A stretch of DNA of 64,000 nt from Octopus vulgaris (lineage: Eukaryota), in the NCBI GenBank assembly GCA_951406725.2, contig OX597815.1:109058001-109122000 (forward strand), in the 5' to 3' direction. Of this stretch, positions 40,810-56,535 are shown in pieces (position 1 is the first letter of the stretch; each line of letters begins with the position of its first letter). The position numbers and the translations under genes were made by a program. Below the pieces are notes generated by a model that searched no databases, was not told where the DNA came from, and saw nothing but the letters and a program-made list of their open reading frames with translations.

Positions 40810-40927
40810 TACAGGGTAAATGTTTTTTAACTTTCTCCTGGTTTACGGAATTGACGTTATTTTGCGGTTAAAGCTTTTGGCTGTTATTTCTAGTGGGTGA
40901 ATGGCCTATTATGGCCGTTCCTTGATT

Positions 40928-40986
<59 letters not shown>

Positions 40987-41055
40987 GTGCGTTTGTCTGT
41001 GTGTCTGCGTATAAATGTACAGCTACAACTACATATTTGTCTTTGTATCTTCCAG

Positions 41056-41178
41056 GATGTTTTTACTCCGGTACATGTTATCTCCCTGGTTCGGAAGTTG
41101 CAACACCAGTCCCCTGTTATAATCAAATCTGCACGGAGACATCACGTGGTAAATATTCCTGGGAAAAGATTAACGTTG
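41056..41178 (+). CDS. Gene B module exon 3: (G)CFYSGTCYLPGSEVATPVPCYNQICTETSRGKYSWEKINV
   Basis: Same acceptor and donor as 36035; 123 nt open. Confidence 0.88.
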
Positions 41179-41656
41179 GTATGTTAAAATATTATTTTAG
41201 AATCTCTCTCTCTCTCTCTCTCTATTTCTCTCTCCCTCTCTCACTACCCCTTTCTCTGTCTGCCTCATTATGTCTCTCTGTATTCCCTTTCTCTTTTTCA
41301 ATCTGTCTGTCTGTCTCTCTCTCACTGTCTATTTATCTATCTATCCTTCCTTAATCATTCACCTCTTTTTCTCTCAAACTCTTTCTCTCCGTCTCTTGTT
41401 GGTTTAGGGAGTGACATCTGGAAAGAAGGAGGACTATTTTATTTAATATATGAAAATCAGAACGGGAGCTGGCAGTTGTTCAGAATTCATTAAACATTCT
41501 TGTCTATATTCCATTGTAAAAGAATGTTGTTTATTATATGACTGCTCATCATAGGTGTCCTATGTATGCTCACATACGTACACAAACAAACACACGCCAA
41601 TATATACGTATATACAAAGAAAGAGAAAGTGAAAGAGACAGACAGAAAGAGACAGG

Positions 41657-41713
<57 letters not shown>

Positions 41714-42617
41714 CGATAGATAGATAGATAGATAGATAGATACATACATACATACATACATACATACATACATACATACATACATACATACATACATACA
41801 TTTTGTATTGTAATTCGTAGCTGACCCCTGTTATATTCGGTTCACAAGCAAGTGGAAGGGTATTTATAAAGCAATAGATATCCCTTGGAAAGTCGGCAGC
41901 TTATGTAGACTTTATTTGCTTGCATTACCCCGTCGTTGTGGAAATGACTATCTTAGCAAACTACGTCGAAGATAAAAGCTACAGAAAAGATCTTGCCTAT
42001 TTCTAGAGTTTTCAGTATCCAATCATAGGAAATATTGTCGGACGTTTAGGAAAGCAATTCAATTAGTACTTAAGCTTGTCGAGGTGCGTGGCTTAGTGTT
42101 TAGGGTGTCAGCATCATGATCGTAAGATTGTGGTTTCGATTCCTGCACCGGGCGACGCGTTGTGTTCTTCAGCAAAACGCTTCATTTCACGTTGCTCCAG
42201 TTCACTCAGCTGGCAAAAATGAGTGACGCTGTGATGGACTGGCGTGAGTTTATTGCTAACATTCTTTTTGGCATTCAGCTTTGAAGTCAATATTTTCCTC
42301 ACTCACCGCGACTGCGCATGAGTTTATAGCCAATATTGTGTTTCTGGCATTCACCTTTAAGGCTAATATTTTTCTCACTCGCCGCAGGTACTCTCTTTTT
42401 GTTTTTTCCTTCATGCCGTGGCGTTGGATTCCATTTACCTTGAGGCAGGTATTTGTAGCTAGATTGAGGTTCAATTACCTTCATTTCACCAATCTGTCTT
42501 CGTAAGCTTTCCATTTCTCATCACAATCGCAACACGTTATGAGAGTCCAAACTCCTTTTGAATATCATTGGATAAAATCTGTGTCTGTGTGTGTGTATCT
42601 GTGTGTGCGCATGTGTG

Positions 42618-42657
<40 letters not shown>

Positions 42658-42731
42658 TATATGTGCGTTTGTCTGTGTGTCTGCGTATAAATGTACAGCT
42701 ATAACTACATATTTGTCTTTGTATCTTCCAG

Positions 42732-42854
42732 GATGTTCTTACTCCGGTACATGTTATCTCCCTGGTTCGGTAGTTGCATCACCAGTCCCCTGTTATAATC
42801 AAATCTGCACGGAGACATCACGTGGTAAATATTCCTGGGAAAAGAATAAAACTG
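42732..42854 (+). CDS. Gene B module exon 4: (G)CSYSGTCYLPGSVVASPVPCYNQICTETSRGKYSWEKNKT
   Basis: Same acceptor and donor; 123 nt open. Confidence 0.88.
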
Positions 42855-42880
42855 GTATGTTAGAATATTATTTTAGAATA

Positions 42881-42913
<33 letters not shown>

Positions 42914-43367
42914 ATTTCTCTCTCCCTCTCTCTATTTCTCTCCCCTTTCTCTGTCTGCCTCATTATGTCTCTCTGTATTCCCTCTCTCTTTTTACATCTG
43001 TCTGTCTGTCTCTCTCACTGTCTATTTAGCTATCTATCCTTCCTTCATCCTTCACCTCTTTTTCTCTCAAACTCTTTCTCTCCGTCTCTTGTTGGTTTAG
43101 GGATTGACATCTGGAAAGAAGGAGGACTATTTTATTTAATATATGAAAATCAGAACGGGAACTGGCAGTTGCTCAGCTTTTTATATCATTAAACATTCTT
43201 GTCTATATTCCATTGTAAAAGAATGTTGTTTATTATATGACTGCTCCACATAGGTGTCCTATGCATGCTCACATACGTACACACACAAACACACGCCAAT
43301 ATATACATATATACAAAGAAAGAGAAAGTGAAAGAGACAGACAGAGAGACAGACAGAAAGAGACAGG

Positions 43368-43433
<66 letters not shown>

Positions 43434-43467
43434 CATAAATATATACATACATACATACATACATACA

Positions 43468-43501
<34 letters not shown>

Positions 43502-44806
43502 CATACATTTTGTATTGTAATTCGTAGCTGACCCCCTGTTATATTCGGTTCACAAGCAAGTGGAAGAGTATTTATAAAGCAAGAGATATCCCTTGGAAAG
43601 TCGGCAGCTTATGTAGACTTTATTTGTTTGTATTACCCCGTCGTTGTGGAAATGACTATCTTAGCAAACTACGTCGAAGATAAAAGCTACAGAAAAGATC
43701 TTGCCTATTTCTAGAGTTTTCAGTATCCAGTCATAGGAAATATTGTCGGACGTTTAGGAAAATAATTCCATTAGTACTTAAGCTTGTCGAGGTGCGTGGC
43801 TTAGTGGTTAGGGTGTCAGCATCATGATCGTAAGAGTTTGGTTTCGATTCCTGCAACGAGCGACGCGTTGTGTTCTTCAGCAAAACGCTTCATTTCACGT
43901 TGCTCCAGTTCACTTAGCTGGCAAAAATGAGTAACGCTGTGATGGACTGGCGTGAGTTTATTGCTAACATTCTTTTTGGCATTCAGCTTTGAAGTCAATA
44001 TTTTCCTCACTCACCGCGACTGCGCATGGGTTTATTGCCAATATTGTGTTTCTGGCATTCACCTTTGAAGCTAATATTTTTCTCACTCGCCGCAGGTACT
44101 CTCTTTTTGTTTTTCCTTCATGCCGTGGCGCTGGATTCCCTCTACCTTGAGGCAGGTATTTATAGCTAGATTGAGGTTTAATTACCTTCATTTCACCGAT
44201 CTGTGTCCGTAAGCTTTCCATTTCTCATCACAATCGCAACACGTTATGAGAGTCCAAACTCCTTTTGAATATCATTGGATAAAATCTGCAGACTGGACTA
44301 AACTGTTTAGTTCTTCCACGATTATTTTTTTGAATAGCTTCAGGTCGTCCATGAATAGCAAGCGGCCTAGTTTTCTCTTACCTCTTTTCGAGCTTTTTGC
44401 AGAAAGCTTTTTGCTTTAAAAAATCTTCGAAAATTTGCTTCGAAGAGAACAAACATGGAAGATGGCGACGAAATGCAAGAGTAAGGAAGGCAGTACCGCA
44501 ATTTGCACGAGGACCTCCCCGTCCTCCACACCATGATTTGCAATAGATAGCAGGAAGTAAATACAGAAGAAGAAAAAGAAGAAGAAGAAGAAGAAGAAGA
44601 AGAAGAAGGAAAAAAGGAGAAGAAGAAGAAGAAGAAGAAGAAGAAGAAAGAAAGAAAGAAAGAAAAAGAAGGAAAAAAGGAGAAGAAGAAGAAGAAGAAG
44701 AAGAAGAAGAAGGAAAAAAAGGAGAAGAAGAAGAAAGAAAGAAATGAAAGAAAAAGGAGGAAGAAGGAGAAGAAGAAGAAGAACAACAACAACAACAAGA
44801 AGAAAT

Positions 44807-44849
<43 letters not shown>

Positions 44850-45828
44850 AAAAGAAGGAAAAAGGAGAAGAAGAAGAAGGGAAGAAAGAAGAAGAAGAAG
44901 AAGAAGAAAAAGAAGAAGAAGAAGAAGAAAAAGAAGAAGAAGAAAAAATTGAAGAAGAAATGGAAGAAAAAGAAGAAAACGAAGAAGAAGTATCCCTCTC
45001 TTCCTCTCTTGCCATTTTCTTTTGTCATTCCACGAATTTTTCTCTGTGGCTGACCTTCACGAACAACTGAGTGTATATGTGTATGTGTGCATACGATGGC
45101 GTCAGGATGTATGCATGCACACTGTGTGTCTGTGTCAGCTAATGAATATGTACGTGTATCGATTGCTGCATATTTGAATATGACAACCAGCAAGTGATGA
45201 GTTAAGTTTCAGTGCAATTTTGAATTATCAAAATAATATATTTTTACAAATTCAGATATCCAGTTCGATCACGCTTACAAATTCAGATAACCAGTTCGAT
45301 CACTCTTAGATCAACTCCAGTGCGCAACTGGTACTTAATTTATCGACACCGAAAGGATGAAAGGCAAAGTTGACCTCTTCGGAATTTGAACTCATAACGT
45401 AAAGCGTCTCTCTCCCTCTCACTCTATCTCTGTCCTTTATTTTCTTCCTCTACCTCTTTTTCTCTATACCACTTTATTTCTCTCGTCCTCAAACTCGATT
45501 TTGCCTGAACAGGTAAACGATGTACCGCCTATCAGGCGTCGAGGTGGATGCGAAGCAACGTGTGATGAAGTGTTTTGCTTAAGAGCACTACGCATCATGT
45601 GATCTAGGAACTGAAATCATGATGTTATGACTGCTTGCTCATTAGTCCCCACCACATATATATAATGTATATTGGTTTGAAATTTTAGAACGAGATTTAG
45701 GTCGAATATATTGAGCTGTGATGTTAACTAGTACTTATTTTATTGACCTCGAAGTAATAAAGGGCTAAGTCAACTTTGGTGGAGTATACATATATACATA
45801 TATATATGTGTGTGTGTGTGTGTGTATC

Positions 45829-45867
<39 letters not shown>

Positions 45868-45890
45868 CTGTGTGTATGTGTGTGTGCGCA

Positions 45891-45950
<60 letters not shown>

Positions 45951-45954
45951 AGTA

Positions 45955-46601
<647 letters not shown>

Positions 46602-46674
46602 GTGTGTCTGTGTGTCTGTGTGTCTGCGTATAAATGTACAGCTATAACTACATATGTGTCTTTGTATCATCCAG

Positions 46675-46797
46675 GATGTCTTTACTCCGGTAGATGTCAT
46701 CTCCCTGGTTCGACAGTTGAATCACTAGTCCACTGTCAGAAAAAAATCTGCACGAGGATATCACCTGGTAGATATGACTGGGTAAAGAAAAATATTG
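46675..46797 (+). CDS. Gene B module exon 5: (G)[40 protein letters not shown]
   Basis: gtctttgtatcatccAG acceptor, G|GTATGT donor; 123 nt open. Confidence 0.88.
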
Positions 46798-46816
46798 GTA
46801 TGTTAGAATATTATTT

Positions 46817-46859
<43 letters not shown>

Positions 46860-47293
46860 CTTCTCTCACTTTCTCTGTCTGCCTCATTCTGTCTCTCTGT
46901 ATTCCCTCCCTCTTCCTCTCCCCCTCTCTTTTTCAATCTGTCTGTCTCTCTCTCTCTGTCTATTTATCTATCTATCCTTCCTTCATTCTCCACCTCTTTT
47001 TCTCTCAAACTCTTTCTCTCCGTCTCTTGTTGGTTTAGGGAGTGACATCTGGAAAGAAGGAGGACTATTTTATTTAATATATGAAAATCAGAACGGGAAC
47101 TGGCAGTTGTTCAGTTTTTTAATTCATTAAACATTCTTGTCTATATTCCATTGTAAAAGAATGTTGTTTATTATATGACTGCTCATCATAGGTGTCCTAT
47201 GCATGCTCACATACGTACACACACAAACACACGCCAATATATACATATATACAAAGAAAGAGAAAGTGAAAGAGACAGACAGAAAGAGACAGG

Positions 47294-47343
<50 letters not shown>

Positions 47344-47355
47344 GATAGATAGATC

Positions 47356-47426
<71 letters not shown>

Positions 47427-48803
47427 CATACATACATACATACATACATACATACATACATACATACATACATACATACATTTTGTATTGTAATTCGTAG
47501 CTGACCCCTGTTATCTTCGGTTCACAAGCAAGTGGAAGATCATTTATAAAGCAAGAGATATCCTTTGGAAAGTCAGCAGCTTATGTAGACTTTATTTGCT
47601 TGTATTACTCCGTCGTTGTGGAAATGACTATCTTAGCAAACTACGTCGAAGATAAAAGCTACAGAAAAGATCTTGCCTATTTCTAGAGTTTTCAGTATCC
47701 AGTCATAGGAAATATTGTCGGACGTTTAGGAAAACAATTCAATTAGTACTTAAGCTTGTCGAGGTGCGTGGCTTAGTGGTTAGGGTGTCAGCATCATGAT
47801 CGTAAGATTGTGGTTTCGATTCCTGCAACGGGCGACGCGTTGTGTTCTTCAGCAAAACGCTTCATTTCACGTTGCTCCAGTCCACTCAGCTGGCAAAAAT
47901 GAGTAACGCTGTGATGGACTGGCGTGAGTTTATTGCTAACATTCTTTTTGGCATTCAGCTTTGAAGTCAATATTTTCCTCACTCACCGCGACTGCGCATG
48001 AGTTTATTGCCAATATTGTGTTTCTGGCATTCACCTTTGAAGCTAATATTTTTCTCACTCGCCGCAGGTACTCTCTTTTTGTTTTTCCTTCATGCCGTGG
48101 CGTTGGATTCCCTCTACCTTGAGGCAGGTATTTGTAGCTAGATTGAGGTTCAATTACCTTCATTTCACCAATCTGTCTTCGTAAGCTTTCCATTTCTCAT
48201 CACCATCGCAACACGTTATGAGAGTCCAAACTCCTTTTGAATATCATTGGATAAAATCTGCAGACTGGATTAAACTGTTTAGTTCTTCCACGATTATTTT
48301 TTTGAATAGCTTCAGGTCGTCCATGAATGGCAAGCGGCCTAGTTTTCTCTTACCTCTTTTCGAGCTTTTTGCAGAAAGCATTTTGCTTTAAAAAATCTTC
48401 GAAAATTTGCTTCGAAGAGAGCAAACATGGAAGATGGCTACGAAATGCAAGAGTAAGGAAGGCAGTACGGCAATTTGCACGAGGACCTCCCCGTCCTCCA
48501 CACCAAATACAGAAGAAGAAGAAGAAGAAGAAGAAGAAGAAGAAGAAGAAGAAGAAGAAGAAGAAGAAGAAGAAGAAGAAGAAGAAGAAGAAGAAGAAGA
48601 AGAAGAAGAAGAAGAAGAAGAAGAAGAAGAAGAAGAAGAAGAAGAAGAAGAAGAAGAAGAAGAAGAAGAAGAAGAAAGAAAGAAAGAAGAAGAAGAAGAA
48701 GAAGAAGAAGAAGAAGAAGAAGAAGAAGAAGAAGAAGAAGAAGAAGAAGAAGAAGAAGAAGAAGAAGAAGAAGAAAGAAAAAGAAGAAGAAGAAAGAGAA
48801 GAA

Positions 48804-50730
48804 GGTCTGGAAACCTTTCTAGGGACGTCTCTCTCTTTAGTGTTAATTAGCGATTAGGAACACCATTTCAGTTGCATGTGTGCATTGGGTGGGACTAGTG
48901 GAGAGGAAAGCCGCGGAAACCTGCTCAGTCATTTCCAGCTGGCGGACAGGATTCCCCGAATACACCAGTGTGGACATGGGCAAACAGTATTGGATCATCC
49001 AGATCTTATCGAGATAGGGTGTTCTGTAAGCCAGCTGCTAGGAATAGCATAGGTTCGCCACAATTTCAATTTGTCAACTACACAGACCAGAAATTTGTGA
49101 TCTGTACGGTTGATTTAGATAGGCTTCATAGGCAGGGATACGGATAATGGAACATGAACGTGTCCTTTCCAGCGCATCGCACTTTCCGATACTGGCTTAG
49201 CAAGATATAAGAGGCATACGGTCGAGGCATGCGATTCTTCAACGCCAAGCATGAATGCTGCATTGTCAGAGCTAGGGCATGTGCTCTATAGAAGACGGGA
49301 ACGAAGGCCGCTCGCTGAACCCGGACGGCCGAGGCGCAACGTGGTAATAAAGCTACAATTCTGTCATTGAGTATTGGAGACGGGCGCATGCTACACGAAT
49401 CGAAGCAGATTTGTGCAGGATTTCAGCGACACTTTGCTGAACTGTACGGGGATCGCAGTGGTCCGGAGGTGGAAGTGAACTTCACTTCCTACCTTGACGT
49501 GCCGCAGTTTTCAGCTGGGAACGTGTAGTTATGAGTAATGCCGATAACAGCTGAAGACATACGTAATGCATTGGCTAGTTGCACGAGGGACAGGTCTCCT
49601 GGATTGGATGATATGCCCTTCAGGCTATATACACATATGCCAGATTATTTTGGTGAGCTTTTGGCATCAGAATGGAAGCATATTCGGATCTGTGAGCCGA
49701 GTTGTGGAGATGCTACTGAGAAGGGATCCAGACAAGGGGAACATTGCTGCTAACCTTAGGCCAGCATCTCTGCTAAATAGAGATTACAAAATTTTGGCCA
49801 AGTTCTTAGCAAAGAGGTTGACGCTTGTCGTTGACAAACTGCTGGGTGGTGGGCAGAGTTGTACAATCCCCAGCAGAACTATACACAACCTCCACCTCAC
49901 GTGATACATCATGTGGAGGGTTGGTAAAGAACCTGGCTTAGGTGGGGCCCTGATTCATGTGGATCAATTGAAGGCTTTTGATATGGTCGACAATATGTAC
50001 TTGGAGGCTGTCCTCAAGGCGTTTCGTTTCAGTACCGTTTCCAGAGGCTGGATCTGCAATGTACAGCGACATCTGTACGGTGGTGAAAGTAAATGACCAC
50101 CTGTCGGAGTCGTTTTGTATCGCACGTTCGGCCGGTCACTTTCAACTCTTCTCTACGTATTGGCACTTGAGTCATTACTACGGAAGCTGGAGATTTCCAG
50201 GGGCATCCCAAGTGAATTGGGATGCAGAAGGTTTGTATCAGTGTACGCGGATGGCATCACCGTCATAGTGTTGAACACCTTGGAAATCGAAATGATCGGC
50301 ACTACCCTAAGAGGATGCGAAGCGGTGAAAGGAGCAAAGATCAACCATTAAAAACCAGTAGTGCTGCAGCTCGGCACCTGGAAAGGCATGCCAACTAAAA
50401 GCGTGGTGCGGCGCTGAACAGAAGGACTTGTTAAGTTTCTCGAGATCTGGTTCGGTCCGGATCTCCAAGAGGATAAGAACTGGTGTGAAGTGACGGACAA
50501 GGTGTCCACTCTCACGCAGAAATAGGCCAAGGGGAAGTTGTACCTGAAAGGTCAGACAGAGGTGGCAATTGCGTACATCGCATCCATTATATGCTATTAC
50601 CTGACTGTCGTCCCTTGCCCCGCTTCGTGATTGAACGAGGTGGTGCGTTTGCTCTTCCGCTTTAATTGTGAGCAAGTGTGGTCGCCGTTTGTTGAACGCA
50701 CTTTTGCGCAGCTCGCAGAGTTACAGTCCC
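48804..50730 (+). mobile_element. Older degenerate Tx1-clade ORF2 fragment (short paralog at 38415-38610)
   Basis: SPGLDDMP, LRPASLLNRDYKILAK, DQLKAFDMVD, LLYVLALESLLRKLE, VYADG and WFGPD motifs matching the 26746-30109 ORF2; many stops. Confidence 0.8.
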
Positions 50731-50756
50731 AGTACTACGGTGTCAGCTGTTCACTA

Positions 50757-52670
50757 CCTGTGAATGAAGGCAATATCCATGATTAACAAGTGGTTGACTT
50801 TTTGTTGGCGGCATTTATATACATGCCCAGCATTTTCTTTCCTCAGAATCAGTGTTAGTGTTATCAGGTACAGTACAAAGATCAGTGGGGAGAGGCAGTG
50901 CCTCTCTTGATTTCTATTGTCCCTTGACTTCTTCCATATGCCGTCAGTTCCCTCCTGCAATTCGCCATACATTTTCCAAGCAATCACTTATCATTCGATG
51001 CAAAGAGGTTCATACATTCCATATTCCAAAAATGTGGGATCATATCGTAGGCCTTACGATAATCGATCTATGTCATGGCTAAGTTAGTTTTCCTCCTCTT
51101 ACAGTCTTTAATAACAGTTTTGTCCAGCATGAGTTGATCCTTGGTACCTCTGCACTTACGCTTGCAACCCTTCCGCACATGTGGCAAGACTTTGATATTT
51201 GTCAAGTACAGCACTGTGCTACCTATTGTCAACCGCCCAGGTGCTACTTGGTCGGCATTTAACAAGGTGTTCAATTGTGCAGCTATTCGTGCATGACATT
51301 CACTAAATCCTTTGGTCCAGCAGCCTTGAACTCCATCTGGTCCTGAGGCCTTCCATTTGCCCGTTTTTTGCTTATTTCCTTCACTTTCCCAACTGAAATG
51401 ACTAGTTCTGCCTGTTTTGGACAGATTACTTTTTGTTTTAGTTGTTGCAACCACTCAGCATCTTTGTTGTGCTCCTTGTCTTTACTCCAGATGTAACTTC
51501 AAAACCTTTGACGTTCAATGTTACCTGGTATCAACTTTTCATTTGTACACTTTCCATTTACTTCTTTGTAGAACCACTTCTAATCTACTCTGAATAACCT
51601 ATTCTGCTGGTATCCCTTCATTCTTTGCTTGAACCTTACCACCTTTGCTTTCTTTGCAACGAGGCGCTGTTTCAGTTCCTCCATTACCACTTTCAGGCCC
51701 TTTCTTTCAATATCGCACTTCTTGTTCAGTGCACTGTATTTTTATTCGCTTTTAGGCCCCCACCTTCTCTTTTCGGTCTAACACACAAATGTCTTTCGAG
51801 AGCATACCTAACCCCGCCAGTATTCTTCCCTTCCACTGTGGATCTTTTCTTTTGTCACTCGCATTATATTTCTTTTTCTTGACATCAACACCCACATTTA
51901 CAGCAACAATACTTGTTGCCTTGATTAAATTATTTGTTTCTATGATGTTTTTTGTTCTGATATATTTCACATTTTCATTCACATTTTTCGTTTCTTGGTT
52001 CAATTTCCACCGATCAACCTTTCAAAGGTATCAAACAATGTTGCTATTATTTCCCTGAAGCCTTGCTTTTATTCTGTTGTAGATTGCCTTTTGCCCATCT
52101 GTCATGGCACCATCAGTTTCATTGTCTTCTATCAAACCATCTATATGCCTCTCATCGAGTAAGCTAATACTGTTCCTTTATTAGAGATTCCTCATCTGTT
52201 TTCTACTATGAGTAGGAACTCTGCTGCTGTTTTCTAATACTCGTCTTTTGATTGATTCGACCTCTACATTTGTGAACTAACAATTTTTTTCTTATTACTC
52301 TAGCTTGATCATGTAATCTCTGTTCCACTAGTTAAAACAATCCTTTTTCTCTACATTGATCATACATATCTTTTCGGTATCCCCAAAGACAAACACCATT
52401 TTCGTCTACGGGATTGCTCAGGTAGTAGCATTCCATGACCACAGCATTGACTTGTATGTTTCATCTACGCTGTTCACTACCAGTGAACTAAGGTAACACC
52501 TCTTATTTTTCGAGCACCTTCGGGAATATTCGAGCGATTCTAGTGCTGTTTTCTGCAAGTGCTCCACCCTTATTGCAACCCCTATTTGTTCCACGTACCT
52601 CTCGAGATTTTTGATCACTGTTCCCAGGGCTCCGACAATTATTGGTACTACTGCTGCCTTTATCATATTT
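50757..52670 (-). mobile_element. Dong/R4-like LINE fragments
   Basis: WKASGPDGVQG, GTKDQLMLDK, LSPLIFVL, VNHLLIMD and VVPIIVGALG motifs. Confidence 0.7.
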
Positions 52671-52866
52671 GTGTGGTGGACATGTGTGGTACACATGGCC
52701 TAACTAGATACGAATATTGATTTCCCATTTTCCCCTTATTCGATTTTAAAGCACCATCAAAGTTCCTGTAATTATACCGGGACATTGACATCAGAAGGAG
52801 CATAATAAGTATTTTTATCTTAAGTAAATGTAAATGAAAAAACACGAATGTAATCTTTTCTAAAAG

Positions 52867-52965
52867 AATTCTATGGAGTTGGCTCGACAATTAGTAAGAA
52901 ATGTTTTGATGGAACCTGCATTAGGACACAATATGGTAGATATATCTGGAAAAAGAAATATACTG
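52867..52965 (+). CDS. Gene B atypical module exon 6: (E)FYGVGSTISKKCFDGTCIRTQYGRYIWKKKYT (only 2 Cys)
   Basis: Weak acceptor atcttttctaaaAG; family-type donor G|GTATGTTA followed by the same post-exon intron; 99 nt, phase 1-1. Confidence 0.5.
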
Positions 52966-53418
52966 GTATGTTAAAATATTACTTTACACCGTCTCTCTCT
53001 GTCTTCCTCTCTCACTACCCCATCTCTCTTTCATATTCCTAATATAATTAGGAATATGAATCGTATTTTAACTTCTTGTTAATTTGTTTATCAAACCTTT
53101 TCTTTAATTATATTAATAACAAACTATATTTTTAATATTTTTTTTAATAGCAAATATTGCATTTTATCATATAAACCTTAACTTCACTATATTACTTCAA
53201 TGAGAAGTTCTAACTCACATAATTATATAAATTCCCAATTATGTTATTATCTCTCCCCTCCATCTTGTTCTTAAATGAATTCCGACTTTCGGTATAGAAG
53301 CTAACCTAATTAATATTAATTAGAAGCAATTTTTTAGTAAATCATGATATATTGAACTCTTTTTTATGTCCTTATTTTGTAAACATTGATGTACTCTCTC
53401 TCTCTCTCTCTCTCTCTG

Positions 53419-53483
<65 letters not shown>

Positions 53484-53512
53484 AAATACATATTTGTCTT
53501 TGTAACTTCTAG

Positions 53513-53635
53513 GATGTCGTCTCTCTCATGCATGTTATCGCGCTGGTTCGAGAGTTGAAGGATCAAGACCCTGTTATACTCGAATTTGCATGAAGAAACC
53601 AGATGGTAGATATGAATGGAAAGATGAATCTATTG
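53513..53635 (+). CDS. Gene B module exon 7: (G)CRLSHACYRAGSRVEGSRPCYTRICMKKPDGRYEWKDESI
   Basis: tttgtctttgtaacttctAG acceptor, G|GTATGT donor; 123 nt open. Confidence 0.88.
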
Positions 53636-53860
53636 GTATGTTAGAATATTATTTTACAATCTCTCTCATTCTCTCTCTCCCTCTCTCACAACCCCTTCTT
53701 TTTCTGTCTGCCTCATTCTGTCTCTGTATGTATCACTTCTCTGTATTCCATCTCTCTCTCTCTCTTTCTCTCTCCCTCTCTCACTACCCCTTATTCTGTC
53801 TGCCTCATTCTGTCTCTCTGTATGTATCACTTCTCTGTATTCCCTCTCTGTTTCTCTCCC

Positions 53861-53899
<39 letters not shown>

Positions 53900-54497
53900 C
53901 TATCTATCCTTCTTTCATCCTCCACATTTTTTTCTCTCAAACTCTTTCTCTCCGTCTCTTGTTGGTTTAGGGAGTGACATCTGGAAAGAAGGAGGACTAT
54001 TTTATTTAATAAATGAAAATCAGAACGGGAACTGGCAGTTGCTCAGCTTTTTATATCATTAAACATTCTTGTCTATATTCCATTGTAAAAGAATGTTGTT
54101 TATTATATGACTGCTCATCATAGGTGTCCTATGCACGCTCACATACGTACACACACAAACACACGCCAATATATACATATATACAAAGAAAGAGAAGGTG
54201 AAAGAGACAGACCGACGGACAGACAGAAAGAGAAGTTTTCCCTGTGGTTGACTTTCACGAACAACTGAGTGTATATGTGTATGTGTGCATACGGTGGCGT
54301 CAGGATGTATGCATGCACACTGTGTGTCTGTGTCAGCTAATGAATGTGTACGTGTATCGATTGCTGCATATTTGAATATGACAACCAGCAAGTGATGAGT
54401 TAACTTTCAGTGCAACTTTGAATTATCAAAATATGTTTTTACAAATTCAGATATCCAGTTCGATCACGCTTACAAATTCAGATAACCAGTTCGATCA

Positions 54498-54539
<42 letters not shown>

Positions 54540-54930
54540 CTCTCTCCCTTTCCCTCTATCTCTTTCCTTTATTTTTCTTCCTCTACCTCTTTTTCTCTTT
54601 ACCACTTTATCTCTCACCTCTTCAAACTCGATGTTGCCTGAACAGGTACACGATGTACCGCGTATCAGGCGTCGAGGCGGATGCGGAGCAACGTGAAATG
54701 AAGTGTTTTACTTAAGAGCACTACGCATCATGTGATCTAGGAACTGAAATCATGATGTTATGACTGCTAGGCCATTAGTCCTCACCACATATATATAATG
54801 TATATTGGTTTGAAATTTTAGAACGAGATTTAGGTCGAATATATTGAGCTCTGTTGTTAACTAGTACTTATTTTATTGACCTCGAAATAATGAAGGGCTC
54901 AGTCAACTTTGGTGGAGTTTACATATATAC

Positions 54931-55059
<129 letters not shown>

Positions 55060-55109
55060 TGCGTATGAATGTGCAACTATAAATACATATTTGTCTTTGT
55101 AACTTCTAG

Positions 55110-55232
55110 GATGTCTTCACTCTCGTACATGTTATGCCCCTGGTTCGAGAGTTAACGGATCAAGACCCTGTCATACTCGAATTTGCACGAAGAAATCAGA
55201 TGGTAGATATGGCTGGAAAGATGAATATTATG
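55110..55232 (+). CDS. Gene B module exon 8: (G)CLHSRTCYAPGSRVNGSRPCHTRICTKKSDGRYGWKDEYY
   Basis: Same acceptor and donor as 53513; 123 nt open. Confidence 0.88.
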
Positions 55233-55478
55233 GTATGTTAGAATATTATTTTACAATCTCTCTCTTTCTCTCTTTCCCTCTCTCACAACTCCTTCTTTTT
55301 CTGTCTGCCTCATTCTGTCTGTATGTATCACTTCTCTGTATTCTATCTCTCTCTCTCTTTCTCTCTCCCTCTCTCACTACCCCTTACTCTGTCTGCCTCA
55401 TTCTGTCTCTCTGTATGTATCACTTCTCTGTATTCCCTCTCTGTTTCTCTCCCCTCTTTCTCTCTCTCTCTCTCTCAC

Positions 55479-55588
<110 letters not shown>

Positions 55589-55916
55589 CTTCTTTCATCC
55601 TCCACATTTTTTTCTCTCAAACTCTTTCTCTCCGTCTCTTGTTGGTTTAGGGAGTGACATCTGGAAAGAAGGAGGACTATTTTATTTAATAAATGAAAAT
55701 CAGAACGGGAACTGGCAGTTGCTCAGTTTTTAATTCATTAAACATTCTTGTCTATATTCCATTGTAAAAGAATGTTGTTTATTATATGACTGCTCATCAT
55801 AGGTGTCCTATGCATGCTCACATACGTACACACACAAACACACGCCAATATATACATATATACAAAGAAAGAGAAAGTGAAAGAGACAGACCGACAGATA
55901 GACAGAAAGAGACAGG

Positions 55917-55968
<52 letters not shown>

Positions 55969-56287
55969 CAGATAGATAGATACATACATACATACATACA
56001 TACATACATACATACATACATACATTTTGTATTGTAATTCGTAGCTGACCCCTGTTATATTCAGTTCACAAGCAAGTGGAAGAGTATTTATAAAGCAAGA
56101 GACATCCCTTATGTTGACTATATTTGTTTGTATTACTCCGTCGTTGTGGAAATGACTATATTAGCAAACTACGTCGAAGATAAAAGCTACAGAAAAGATC
56201 TTGCATATTTCTAGAGTTTTCTGTATCCAATCATAGGAAATATTGTCGGACGTTTAGAAAATAATCCAATTAGTACTTAAGGTTGTG

Positions 56288-56535
56288 GAGGTGCGTGGCT
56301 TAGTGGTTAGGGTGTCAGCATCATGATCGTAAGATTGTGGTTTCGATTCCTGGACCGGGCGATGCGTTGTGTTCTTGAGCAAAACACTTCATTTCATGTT
56401 GCGCCAGTCCACTCAGCAGGTAAAAATTAGTAACGCTGCGACGGACTGGCGTCTTGTCCAGCTGGGGAACACATACGCCTTAAAAACCAGGAAACTGGGC
56501 CCATGAGCATATCTAGGCTTTAAAAAGGGCGCATT
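56288..56535 (+). mobile_element. tRNA-derived SINE (complete copy; truncated paralogs at 37093, 42081, 43789, 47761)
   Basis: GAGGTGCGTGGCTTAGTGGTTAGGGTGTCAGCATCATGATCGTAAGATTGTGGTTTCGATTCCTGG head. Confidence 0.7.
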
